This document shows positions 11,960-24,940 of a stretch of DNA of 62,527 bases, one piece after another. The number at the start of each line of letters is the position of its first letter. Within the stretch, counting starts at the first letter, position 1. The position numbers and the translations under genes are program-made. The notes below the pieces were generated by a model. The model made no database searches, was not told where the DNA came from, and saw nothing but the letters and a program-made list of their open reading frames with translations. The DNA is from Octopus bimaculoides (Eukaryota): NCBI RefSeq assembly GCF_001194135.2, contig NC_068981.1, positions 147,339,339 to 147,401,865 on the forward strand. The letters run 5' to 3'.

Positions 11960-12430
11960 CTCATATGATGACAACAATGGAGTTTTCACCCCACATTTGG
12001 AACAGTACTGCTGATACACATACAACATCCTAGACTGCAACCAGAGAGGAGCCACTTTGAATGGCATAAACCACTAAGACATACTCCAGTTTCTGGTTCA
12101 CAGGCAGGGTGATTCTCCTCTCTGTCTTTTCTATCACTACTATAATTGCCTCAGAGTTGGTTGGTCATATCTCCACCACTAAGGTATTTCTGACCTCTTT
12201 GCTTTTACATCTCATCACCCTTGGTGCATCGAAGCCCCGGCCCTTTACTAGCCGCTATGCCCATGGACCTCTTGAATCTTCTAATATCCTTCCTACTCAT
12301 ATCTCTTTTGCAGGTGTTAACCAGCAACAATTTAAATGGAACATTAAACAATATCAAGCCCACTGGTCTAACAGAACCTGCAAAAGTATGGGGTACTGCT
12401 GCTTTCTCCAGCCTCAGCAGAAAAAAAAAC
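11960..12430 (+). mobile_element. Decayed LINE 3' fragment (RT C-terminus and A tail), different family from 10500-11439
   Basis: Frame-hopping translation gives PHIWNSTADTH, ILD, LCLFYHYYN, SELVG, ILPTHISF and NQQQFKWNI, in the order of the CSHIWG...ILDRIQ...SLFYRYY...LWNSLP...FKS consensus. Ends in an A-run at 12421-12429. Confidence 0.55.
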
Positions 12431-12619
12431 AACAAAAAGTTGTGACTAGTAACGAAGGTGGAAGCTATAATATGAGATAATAAAACTGGCTTTATATAAG
12501 TTAATTCATCCTGGAATTCACCATAATTTAACATCCACTTTTCCTTGCTTACGTGAGCTAGATTTTCTATATTATGATACCTGTCCTGTTGCTTTCCTTC
12601 CCTTATTTCCAAGCAGAGT

Positions 12620-12890
12620 AATATTTACATTTGGCCAGACATGTTTTTCATAGAAGACTGGAAATGAATAGCATCACTTGTATGATGGATGTTACTCACT
12701 CTTTTACAACCATCACATGTCTGTCAAGACAAGGGTGCATAAACATATTTAGATATATACAATGGGCTTCTAACAGTTTCTGTCTACTAAACTAATTTCC
12801 AAGACATTGGCCAGCCTGGGGCTATAGCAGAAAACAACTTCCTAAGTTTGCTGCACAGGACTCAATGATATCACATAGTTAGAAAGCAAG
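12620..12890 (-). mobile_element. A/E-type SINE, partial
   Basis: TGGCCAGACATGTTTTTCATAGAAGACTGGAAATG (E body) is joined to AACAGTTTCTGTCTAC...GGGGCTATAGCAGAA (A head). Confidence 0.6.
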
Positions 12891-13792
12891 ATTTTCAACT
12901 TAATTAGAATTTGGCTTAAAAATGTTTTTGAAATTAAAAAAAAAGACAAAATCTATTTTTGTGAAATGTAAAGATATTTTTAATATAGAATGGGTCATCA
13001 AAGACAAAAGAAAAAACAACAAAAAACAAACAATACAACCGAATAAAGTTAAACTTTCAAAAAGCTGTCTTGCCTTCTTTCAAAAATAATGAAAAGAAAT
13101 TTTCATTGTAATAAATTTCTGTAAGAACAAAGATTAATACATTTTTGAAGGAAATTCATTTCATTTCTTAATTTCTTAGAAAATAAATCTGGAACACTAA
13201 AAAAAGGAATATTGATCAATTATAATATTGATCAATAATATTCTGTCTAATGCAGAAGGTTTTTTTTTTATTTAAAAAAAAAAACCTAAGAATCATAAAA
13301 AAAAACAATCAGAGTAAAACAATGATAGTCTGTCAGCGAAATAAGTTTGTCTTCTTGTTTAGGCCCAGGTCACTTTTGACGGAATGGCAAAAGTATTTAG
13401 TAATGACCATCCTGTCTTTTGTTTTTTTTTGTTACAGACACAATGATGTAACTATAGTTACTTTTGTCTCCATTTTCCTTTGAAAGACACCACAACAGGG
13501 TGTAATTCGAAAAACAACACAAAGTCTTCAACAACACAAACACAGATGACTAAGAGTAATTTTGATAAGAATTTAGATAATTATAACATTAAATAAAGAA
13601 AGTGGCTAACACGATACTTTCTTTAAAGAAATACGGCTTTGAGTTAAAGACAACCTGGCAGAAAAAGAGTTTTCAGGTCTATTTTCACAAGGGGGACAAC
13701 TGCTGTTATCTTGATATCAAAATGAACAACCGATGAAAACTAGATAGAATGTGATTCATAACATGAAAAATGATATAAAAATTTCTAACTTA

Positions 13793-13948
<156 letters not shown>

Positions 13949-14224
13949 TCAATTTGTTAAATTGTAACACACACACACACACACTTTAAAATAATCAACA
14001 TTATAAGTATTTGAATAACTTGCAGATTGTTAGGATAGCAATAATGCTGTCTCAGTACAGATTTTCACACAATCTAATAATACAGCTTTGCAAAGACAAT
14101 TTTGTTTGTGAGGACCAGACACTTAAATTATTTCGCATAACAAGAATAAACAAAAATGACAGTTACATCAGAAGAAATAATTAAGACAAATTATGTTTTA
14201 TTTATTTCTGTAGAAATGAGAACT

Positions 14225-14660
14225 GTTTCCAAGTTATGTAGTTTGATTTGTAACCACATGTTTCAGGTTCGATTCCACTGCACCGTATATTGAGCAGGTG
14301 TCTTTGACTGTGGCCTTAGGCTAACCAATGTCTTGTGAGTGCAAATTGATAGACAGAAACTGTCCAGAATCCTATTGTATGTGTGTGTGTACATGAGCGT
14401 TCATCTATGTCCATACTTATGCATTTACTGTCTAAAAACTGGTGCAGTTGATATTAGTGTCTCTTTAAGACCTGTAATTAGCAGTTCACAAATAGAGACT
14501 GATAAAATAAGTATTTTACTGAAATAAATACTGGTTTGATATGATCAATTAAACAATACATATTCTTTTTCTGGTTTCAGTCACTGAACAGGGGCCATGC
14601 ATGGGAAATGCTTTCAGGAATTTAGTTAATCATACTGATCATGCATGTCATCAGAGGCAA
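14225..14660 (+). mobile_element. SINE family A copy, decayed
   Basis: CAGGTTCGATTCCACTG, TTGTGAGTGCAAATTGATAGACAGAAAC and an internal TG microsatellite. Confidence 0.65.
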
Positions 14661-14757
14661 TTAAGTAGGCTGATGTGAAGTTGGGCATTTGAATATAAAA
14701 TACTGTGCCAGAAAACCCAGCCAATCCATGCTAGCACTAAAAAGAGAATGTCAAATG

Positions 14758-14810
<53 letters not shown>

Positions 14811-14905
14811 AAATTTGTTCTTCATATATTGCATATCTGATTAATAACTTGAAAGCTTTTTAGCTAATTTCAGATTAAATTGGTTAAAAGGTTTTATGAG
14901 GTGTA

Positions 14906-14945
<40 letters not shown>

Positions 14946-17334
14946 CACATGTATGTATAAATTATTAAATACCTCAAAAGGCATCTACCTGGAAGAATAA
15001 AAAGTGGACACATTCTATGACTCCAGCCTCTAACATGATGGAAACCGTTATTAACAATCATGCCAGGGTGGTGAGCAGGCAGAATCTTTAGAGCATCAGA
15101 ATTTTTCCCTTGCAGTATTTCTTCTAGTTCTTTACACTCCAAGTTCAAATCCCACCAAGGCCATTTTTTTCCTTTCATCCTTTTGAGGTCAGTAATATGA
15201 AGTACTGAGGTCAATAGTATTGATTAAACCCTTCCCCACAAAACTCTTAGCCTTGTGACTAAATTAGAAACTTATTAAAAATCAATTATCTTGTATCTTA
15301 ATCTAACATTAGTGATCATCAATATGGACTGCAGAAAGGGAAGATTTGGCTATGTGACATGAATGTGAAAGTAATCACAAGTAAAGCCAAACTGCTGCAT
15401 TTCATGTGAGCTAGCTAAGCCTTTAGCAAATTGTAGTGTGAAAATCTCCTGGTCAAGCCTTTTTAAGGATTATGCTGATTAGTTAATCACTGGGATCTAA
15501 AGCTACTTCATGGGTCTGCAATAATATATATCTGCTTATGTATAAGTTTCTTTTAGTTTCCTATGCTTCCCTTGTCACATGATAGATTCTCTTCTCTAAA
15601 TCAATTACCTGCTGTCACTCATTTCTGCACAGATGACACAATAACTTTCTATTTCTCTTTATCCTTTAAAGCCAATGCTTTGTGCTGCAAATAGCAGCAG
15701 TTCTCAGCAGATACCAACCTCTTCCATTAACAAGATGCTGTGCCACAATATCTAGTGGGAATCTGATAATTCCTGTTGTAGCATAACTAAATGCAACTCA
15801 CCATTCCTCAATTGCGAGTAGAACAACTTTGTACAGGAATCTCTGCTTGAGCTATTCCTCCCAAGGACACATGGCTAGAACTCATCCTCTACAGCAGCCA
15901 CTTCTGAAAGCCACATTTGCAAAATGATTTAAACTACTTCAAAGCACCTGGTTCCCTCTTTAGAGCCAAGTAATATTTCAGCTTTGAGGAGATACTGACT
16001 CATTAAAAATCTCAAGTAAGATCCAGAATGGAGTATTGATGGCTATCATTGATAATTCATCTTCTTTCATTAGTGGCATCATAGAGAGGTCTGATCAATC
16101 AGAGTTGACATGAAGGTTAAACAACAACAAGCATCAAAGACTACATGCAGAAAAAAAAAACCTCATTCACTATACTTTACTTCTTGTCAAAATGTCAATA
16201 ATCACATCATCAGATTGAATTTGCACTATTGCATCTAATATATATATAAAAAAAAATAATCCTGATCTGTGAATTTTGCTAGCTGTACTTCAACAAGTTC
16301 ACTACACTCATACTCACTCCTGTTTCTTAACATCTGTACTGTTTTTCATCTCAAATCTTACAAGCGAAGCATCACATGCAGACCTTTCAATCCAAAAGAA
16401 TAGTATCCATAACAATTTCTCATTCTTGCTATTTCTGGATTACCTCACCCCACTTCCAAAAAATCATAGGAGTAAAATTCAGGTATGAAGAAACTGGTGA
16501 GGATCTTCATTGGTAGCAATAATAATAGTAAATCCAAAGGATAGCTTGTTGAGTATCAATAATAGGTTTGGTTACCAGAAGTATCAATAAATTCAGGTGA
16601 TGTTTCAAGTCACATGCCTTTCAACTGAGTGTCAAAAAGGAAAATGTGTAACCAATCTTAAACCTTTCTATCATATCTTTGATCCACAGAGGTAATGTAT
16701 GAAATTTACTTCTAGAGAAAAATACAAAACCAAAATGTAAAATCATACGCACAAAAGTAAGTAAATCTGATGTTACTAGATTTAATGTCAATCAAGATAG
16801 AGATTTGGCAACTGAAATGGAACCCAGGAGTGAAAATGTAGTAGAGGTAATGATGAGCTGTAATAAAACATATTGAATAGAAGAGCATCTGATCCAATGC
16901 CAAGTGAGAAAAGTAGAGAACCACAGTTTTGTTGAACTACTACTAGCTGCTGGCTTATCAACTAACTATGTAGCAAATATTTCAGAAACACAATAGGTTG
17001 TTGCGATCATACACTAACAATATATTGAAAGATATTAATGGGTGATATTATTCTGGTGCTGTACAATGATACTAAAATATGGAAACTACTGAAAGAATAC
17101 TTCAAACTAGGAGTCTATATTGTTAATACACCGCTCTATATAGATGATTCAATTATAATATGAAGACAATTATTATTTCAGTTTCAGGCTGAATTCTTTC
17201 TCTGTGAAACTACTGTCAGATGTAATTTTGAATAATGTTAATTGAAGTAAAATGGTAAACAACATTTCTGGATAAATTAAGGTTGTTTAATTGTATAAGA
17301 CTTCAACACTAACAATTAAATTAATTAACAACTA

Positions 17335-17720
17335 CAAACATAGGTGAAGGCATTGTCATTTGATTAAGAAATTTGCTTCACAACCACAAGGCTTCCAGGA
17401 TTGATTCTAAAGTGCAGCACCTTGGAAAAAGTGGCTGCTATCACAATCTTGAGTCGACCAAGGCCTTGTGAGTGAAACTATGTAGATGGAGTCTGTGAGG
17501 AAGCTTGTTTGTTTATCAGCAAGAGATTTATCAGCAAGAAATATGACAATTGGTGTATTGGACAAAAGTATTTTGTGGTATTTAGACTAAGTTACAGCCT
17601 TTTATGCCAAAGTGGACTTAATTATATGATAGAAATTGAGAAAATAAGTACCAAAGTACTAGGGTTAATATAATCAACAAAGATCCTCAAAAGGTAATAC
17701 TCCAGTATGGTCCTTGATAA
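17335..17720 (+). mobile_element. SINE family A copy, decayed
   Basis: GCACCTTGGAAAAAGTG, GACCAAGGCCTTGTGAGTG and AAATAAGTACC; ends TCCAGTATGG...AAAATAAAAGA. Confidence 0.6.
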
Positions 17721-18294
17721 AAATAAAAGAAGGGTGAGCCTACACAACTAAGTTGGCAGAGGTTTGAACAGTCCGATATTATTAAAATTGTTTTTACAGC
17801 ATCTTATTAATCAATGATGGTGAAAAGCTTACTGTGTTATCAATCAAACTTGCTGAGACAAGCAGTCATGTACATTGTGTCTAAGGTTGCATCCCATGTT
17901 CATGACTCAATGTTGGTGTAGAAGTTGCTCAACCTGTTTAATATAGCTGTAAATTCTCCCATTTACAGGGGTATTTAGCTACCATATTAAACTGGTTGTA
18001 TAACTTTGGCTGTAGTAGAAATAGATCTCACAGACTTATTGATCACCTGATCAATAGCCTTCAACTACCGTTGAGCATAATTGTTATTAGTTCTGTTACT
18101 AAAAAGAAAGATTTGATGAATGTTTAGATTTAGGAGATCAAATCACAGAAAAATCAACAGCATACTTCATTCTGTTTAAACTCAATTTATAAAAGATTAC
18201 AAAAAGCTGGACTATGTTTGGTGAACTGTCTTAGTGGATTACTCTAACAAACCATCTGATATATTTGAAACTTGTTTCAAATTTAGACAATAAG

Positions 18295-18650
18295 CAGAGG
18301 CATGGATGTGTTGTTAAGAAACTTACTTCTCAACCACGTAGACTTGGATTTACTCCCATTGCAAGGCACTTTGTATAAGTGTCCAAAGCTATATGTGGAT
18401 TTGGTGGACAGAGACTAGAAACCTGTCGTATATGTATAAATGTGTGTGTGTACCCTGTACTGACATGACATGATGGTTGCAAACAAGCATCAATATCATA
18501 CAAGCAATGTCGTTCATTTCTAGTCTTTAGTGAAAAACGTCTGGTTATTGGGAAATATTACTTTACCTGGAAACATGTGAGAGTTGGCAGAAGGAAGGGC
18601 ATCAGGCCATAGAAAATCTATCTCAACAAAATTGCTGAGGCAATCATCAT
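18295..18650 (+). mobile_element. SINE with family A head and an alternative 3' body (A/E type)
   Basis: The family A head is followed by GGGAAATATTACTTTACCTGGAAAC...GGAAGGGCATCAGGCCATAGAAAATC instead of the family A tail. Confidence 0.65.
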
Positions 18651-20089
18651 TTTTACAGTTCTATTTTTGTTCTTTTTTGTTGTCATGCTTACATGTGCTG
18701 GACAGGTTTCAAATCATCTCACCTCTTGACCAAGCCCTTTGTCCCAGCTTCTCCAGCAGTTACTTCCTATCACCAACCACATTACAGCATGAGCTAATTG
18801 CATTTTATCAGGTTATTAGTACATGTTATCAGGCTACAGCACATTAGTCTGTAGCAAGACTAATGACTCACCACTGTCTTGTATCAGTTATTTGGAGTTA
18901 CTGCAATCCTAGATGAGTTGCTTGTGATAGAAATTACCAAATTACAGATCAACATCTCTGTTTATTTACTCTTTCCTTTAAAGAATTACTTTATGAAATT
19001 AACATTTAAAATGTTACATATTCAGGGATTTAACCACTGATCCTGCTAAGTTGATCAATTTTAAACTAGATATATGACAAAGAGAAGGGTAGAATGAAAG
19101 GTATATGTGTGTACACACACAAAATTAAGAAAAATTCGGTCCTTCATATAACTGCAGTAAATTCTATAACTTCATATAAATAAAATAATTCAAATTTTCT
19201 TGACTATTAAGTTCATCTTTTGCACTTTCAATTGCCCATTTCAGCCAGTTATATCTTCAATTACTGCCATCTGTCCATTTCTTAAATATGGACATTGTTC
19301 TATGCCATACTTGAACTCAGAACCTTTATGCATAAATGAAGGCTGTTAACAAGCTACAGAGTATTAAACAACATTAATACAGTCAGCTCATTTACTAAGT
19401 TGATTAGGATATTTACTAATAACCTTTATTTTAGAAATAAAGAATCAACATTTAGATCTAGTCTGGGTCAATGCACTTATCAAGGAGCAGAACACCTGAT
19501 GATTGATTAGAGGGCAAGTCAATCAAAATTTTGTGATCGAGGTTAATAACTTATAAAATTTTAATTATCACAATATCTTGTTTAGATATAATTCTCTAGA
19601 ATGTAGAATAACATTCGAGAAAATTGATAAATAATAACCAATAAGCAAAGATAATAGGTTGCAAGAATGGATCTCTAAAATTAGTAACTTCTGCCAGAGG
19701 TCAGTAGCAGGACTCTAGTGGTGATAGACTGCCTATAGTATAAAGGTAGATTTAATCTCAATAAATAAACATACATCAGAACAACTATATTGTAAAATAA
19801 GAGACTTATCCTAATTACATCCTACCCAACCACATGAGTGTGATGTTTTCAAAAGGTGTGAGGAGGGAAGAAGATTACAGTTTAGATAGATATATGATTT
19901 AGGGGATGTGCACAAGAAAATCATGTATCACCACAACAACACTACCAATATCAGCAAGCCAATGAGTGAGCATCTCTGGCCTTGCTCAATCTACTAGAAA
20001 TAACAGTAAAAACCTTCCTCCAATCATACCGTCTTCATAAAGGAAATATCAGATAATATAATTAGATGCAATATGTCAATAATAATAAC

Positions 20090-20768
20090 AACAATTTCAA
20101 ATTTTGGCACAAGGCCAGCATTTTCAGGGGAGAGCTAAGTCAATTACATCAACCCCAGTGCTCAACTGGTACTTCTTTTATCAATCCTGGAAGGATGAAA
20201 GGCAAAGCTGATTTCAGTGTAAGTTGATCTCAGAACATGAAGACAGACAAAATACCGCTAAGCATTTTGCCCAGCATACTAATGATTCTGTCAGCTTGCT
20301 GCAATAATAGTAATAATAATCCTTTCTACTGTGGAGGCACAAGGCCTCAAATTTGTGGGGAAGGGGATTTAATCAATTATATCGCCCACAGTGTTTCACT
20401 GGTACTTAATTTATCGACTCTGAAAAGATGAAAAGCAAAGTTGACCTCAACAGGATTTGAACTCAGAACACAGTGCCGGGTGAAATACCGCTAAGCATTT
20501 CGTCCAGAGCACTAATGATTTTGCCAGCTTGCTGCATTAATAATAATAATAATCCTTTCTACTATGGATACAAAGCCTGAAATTTTGGGGGATGGGAATA
20601 GTCAATTACATCAACCCCAGTGTTTCACTGGTACTTAATTTATTGACCATGAAAGGATGAAAGGCAAAGTTGACCATGGCAGTATTTAAACTCAGAATGT
20701 AAAGACGGATGAAATGCTGCTAAGCATTTTTCCCAGCATGCTAACGGTTCTGCCAGCTTGCCACCTTA
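20090..20768 (-). mobile_element. Three head-to-tail SINE family B copies
   Basis: Units at about 20090-20305, 20320-20537 and 20551-20768 each contain ACTGGTACTT...GATGAAA.GCAAAG...ACTCAGAA...CTAAGCATTT...CAGCTTGC and are separated by (AAT)n. Confidence 0.85.
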
Positions 20769-21763
20769 GTTATAATAATAGCAATGACACCAATAATAAT
20801 AGATGGAATAGTCTTAGGAGCTAAACAACAACAACAACAACAATACCATCCCTTCTGTTTAAAGTCAAAGTATGCTCATCGACAAAACAAAGTTTTCCTG
20901 TCAGTTCAAATCTTTCGTAACTTCAGCCTCTGGTCTGGATAATGTCAATTTCCAATTTCTAACATGGCTTCAGCCGGAATATTCATCTCATGTTTATAGC
21001 AAAGCAATTTCATCTTGTATGCTCTGACTAATTCCTTTCATATCTAACTGCTATCCCGATTTACTTCACAACTCTAAACTGCCTATCAAGGTCAAATAGC
21101 TCAGCCAATGAAGCAAGCTTCTTCATAAGCAACAGTACTTTTACCCACACATTCCATTCTAGATAGTAAACTAATACTGACTCTAAGGAATAAAATAAAG
21201 TTTGGCTATATTAATAAAGTATCCAAGAGTTAAAGGTGTTAGTTGGTGGTACTAGAGTGAAAATCAATAGATAATGAGGATAGATGAGAACTATTTGAAT
21301 TGTAATGAGAGATAGACAGCAATAGAGTAGCCAGTAACCAATATAAACCTAACAACCAATATTCCCACAAAACATACACACACAAACAAAATATGATGAG
21401 AAATAGTATGGTTTCTCCCAATAAACGATTTTCATTTCTTCTTTAGTTTCTTCTACACATTTGTCAGATTCAGATACTTGGATTTCACAAAGTAGGCAAT
21501 GTAATCTGAATACAGATCTAGTCAGGAACCAATATTACAACATACACTGTATAAATTATACTAGCAACAGACATGAGCTAATAAGGGAGCATTTACATGG
21601 TGGATAAATCTGCTAGGAATAGCAACCAAATCTTGCCATAAAGAAGGTTTAGTGAACAATATAGCTCTGGACATACAAAACGACAGGATGGCCATGACTT
21701 GTAGAGCAAATTGACCTGAGACCAAACAGCAATATTAATTACACTAGCAGTCATTATTAATAA

Positions 21764-23223
21764 CTAGCAGAAATACCCGGCGTTGCCCGGGTTAAAGAGA
21801 ATAATGAAATCTAAAAACGCCGTCTAGACTACGCATCATCTTTATATATAGAGATGTATATACACACACGCACCCAAACACACGTATATATATGTATATC
21901 AATATAAATATATGAAAGTCAATGAAGTTTCGTAAAAGAAGGTGATCATGTACATACTTTCTTGCTGTTGTGATTATAACACCTCATTGTAAACTATGTT
22001 CCTTGTTTTCCCTTNNNNNNNNNNNNNNNNNNNNNNNNNNNNNNNNNNNNNNNNNNNNNNNNNNNNNNNNNNNNNNNNNNNNNNNNNNNNNNNNNNNNNN
22101 NNNNNNNNNNNNNNNNNNNNNNNNNNNNNNNNNNNNNNNNNNNNNNNNNNNNNNNNNNNNNNNNNNNNNNNNNNNNNNNNNNNNNNNNNNNNNNNNNNNN
22201 NNNNNNNNNNNNNNNNNNNNNNNNNNNNNNNNNNNNNNNNNNNNNNNNNNNNNNNNNNNNNNNNNNNNNNNNNNNNNNNNNNNNNNNNNNNNNNNNNNNN
22301 NNNNNNNNNNNNNNNNNNNNNNNNNNNNNNNNNNNNNNNNNNNNNNNNNNNNNNNNNNNNNNNNNNNNNNNNNNNNNNNNNNNNNNNNNNNNNNNNNNNN
22401 NNNNNNNNNNNNNNNNNNNNNNNNNNNNNNNNNNNNNNNNNNNNNNNNNNNNNNNNNNNNNNNNNNNNNNNNNNNNNNNNNNNNNNNNNNNNNNNNNNNN
22501 NNNNNNNNNNNNNNNNNNNNNNNNNNNNNNNNNNNNNNNNNNNNNNNNNNNNNNNNNNNNNNNNNNNNNNNNNNNNNNNNNNNNNNNNNNNNNNNNNNNN
22601 NNNNNNNNNNNNNNNNNNNNNNNNNNNNNNNNNNNNNNNNNNNNNNNNNNNNNNNNNNNNNNNNNNNNNNNNNNNNNNNNNNNNNNNNNNNNNNNNNNNN
22701 NNNNNNNNNNNNNNNNNNNNNNNNNNNNNNNNNNNNNNNNNNNNNNNNNNNNNNNNNNNNNNNNNNNNNNNNNNNNNNNNNNNNNNNNNNNNNNNNNNNN
22801 NNNNNNNNNNNNNNNNNNNNNNNNNNNNNNNNNNNNNNNNNNNNNNNNNNNNNNNNNNNNNNNNNNNNNNNNNNNNNNNNNNNNNNNNNNNNNNNNNNNN
22901 NNNNNNNNNNNNNNNNNNNNNNNNNNNNNNNNNNNNNNNNNNATTGTTTCAGTTAGTGGAATAGTTTCATTTTTAAAGTGAAAGTATTTGACATGAGTGT
23001 TTTTGTTTCACTTTTGACACGTAATACTTAAATAGTGGAGGAGATATTATGTTGCCGTGTGCTCGAACTCTGCAAGAAGTTAATAATTTTTTTTTTACTA
23101 AAACACAACTGGAACCCTAAGTAAGGCATGTGTAAAATTTGAATGAAATTGGTTGTGTAGTTCTCGAGTTTTAGGGATTCACACAGACAGACAGACAGAC
23201 ATTCTCATTTTTATATATATAGA
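21764..23223 (-). mobile_element. Non-autonomous Helitron-like element (interior mostly an N gap, 22015-22942)
   Basis: On the minus strand it starts TC (TCTATATATATAAAAATGAGAATGTC(TGTC)n) and ends with a GC hairpin ACCCGGGCAACGCCGGGT followed by CTAG. It sits between host A and T with no TSD. That both ends belong to one element across the gap is inferred. Confidence 0.75.
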
Positions 23224-24699
23224 TAAAGGCACCATACTGTGAGTCTAGTACAGCCAAAATTATTGGTTAAATAGGTAGACAAATTTGAAGTATACGAACA
23301 CTTGCTGATTTTTTGGCATATCCAGAAAGTGTCCAAGTATGTTTAGTTTTTACAAAATATTAAAAGCTGACAAAATTATATCAAATTGGTACTAACAAAA
23401 TAGCTGTAATAGCTCAAGTAGATAGATGCTATATAGTGACATACAGTGAGTTAAAGCAAATAGATATTTTGTAGTAGCTAAAAATAGACAGATGCTTTAT
23501 AGGGACATATAGCCATATAGAAACTATGAAAGTTTGATAACACTACAAACAGAACAAATTAGAGATGTGCTCATTCTGTGTGAACATTTAAGATTTAAAA
23601 AAAAGGAAAACTAAATGAAAGATACTAACAAGTGAATGCTGTGTTTAAGAACACTTGACAGTGCTTGATCTTCTTTTTCAAAGGCACTTAATGTTGTTAG
23701 ATCTACTGATAGCAAAAGTATCTGTTGGCCATCATTCTTAAATCTACAGGAGATTCTACATAGTTGCTTGACCTGCTAGAAATATCAGCCAATTCTCTAT
23801 CAAATCACATCTATTGTGTTGTTCTTATTTTGAAGCTATGAGAGGGTATGTGCTTTGTTTCTCAAATGATGAGTAGTGGAACAACAAAAACAATTTATGT
23901 CTGAAATATCATTGATCATAGGTTTACAAGATCAAAACTGACCTGAGGCAAGACAAATGAAAACAAGCTCCAAGCTAATATGAGCATATCCTACCAAACA
24001 AATTCTTTTTTGTCTTCTGTTCTGCTGATTTCAGTTTATCATCATCACCCTTACTAGTAAATAAAACATCTTTTACTGAAAACTGCCAACTCCTATCTTT
24101 TCAGTGAAGTTTACTCTCTCCCTCTCTCTCTCTCGCCTTGCTTCTCTGACAGTTAATACATTTGGCTCTCCACAACCTACTAATTGTATGTAACTGTCAA
24201 TTTAATCTTTGTTCCAATCAGTCAATAACGAACACAAAGGACAGACAAATAGAAAGAAGAGCATTAATGATCAAACCAATGTGCAGTGATTTTGAGTGAA
24301 TTCCTAAATATCTGCAGAGTTAAGCAGATGAATCCAAGGTTGCTAGGATTGGCAAGATTTATGCCATTTTAAGAGTTAGGCTAGTTTAAGCATAAGATAA
24401 ATGTTCACTTCTACCAAACTTTGTTTGGCATTATTTCAGTACATTTAATGAATTTATATCAATAATTGAATACCTTCTGTATGTTAGCATCAACAAGTGA
24501 GAAATACTTAGCATTCATAATTTCATGGCTTCTTTATTTTCATCTTCACAGCTTTGGTATGTGGGTGTGAAGGGGAGATGAAAGGGGAGTGAGATGGAGA
24601 GACAAAGACTGTTATTGAATGAAAAATAGAGAGGCTGAAAAAAGTACTTGGGGAGATGAAGAGTTTCATCAGTCACTAAAAAAAAAATATAAAATTGAG

Positions 24700-24910
24700 T
24701 GAGTGAAATTATGGCTTTGCATTTTAGCACCAGGCCAGCAAGTTTAGGGGAGGGGGTAAGTTGATTATATCCACCCCAGTGTTGAACTGGTGCATATGTT
24801 ATTGACCTCAAAAGGATGAAAGACAAAGTCAACCTCAGCAGAATTTAAAGCTCTAGAAGAAATGCTGCTAAGCATTTTGTCTAGCACTAACATTTCTGCA
24901 AGCTTGCTAA
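24700..24910 (-). mobile_element. SINE family B copy
   Basis: CCCCAGTGTTGAACTGGTG...AAAGGATGAAAGACAAAGTCAACCTCAGCAGAATTT. Confidence 0.75.
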
Positions 24911-24940
24911 GATGTATTATAAGACAGGTAAGACGTATGA

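Noticed and set aside
14972-14988. Micro-exon just upstream of the 13900 exon (ttccag|GTAGATGCCTTTTGAG|gtatt)
   Set aside because: 16 nt, does not encode YAFE/YSFE in frame, and has a weak donor.
15690-18060. Possible RTE-LINE remnants (e.g. VNTPLYIDDSII near 17120, KLFYSQL near 15820, VIQPV*YGS near 17990)
   Set aside because: Motif matches are too short and interrupted to define boundaries without an HMM search.
21970-22964. 328-aa and 322-aa ORFs
   Set aside because: Artefacts of translating a 928-nt N gap.
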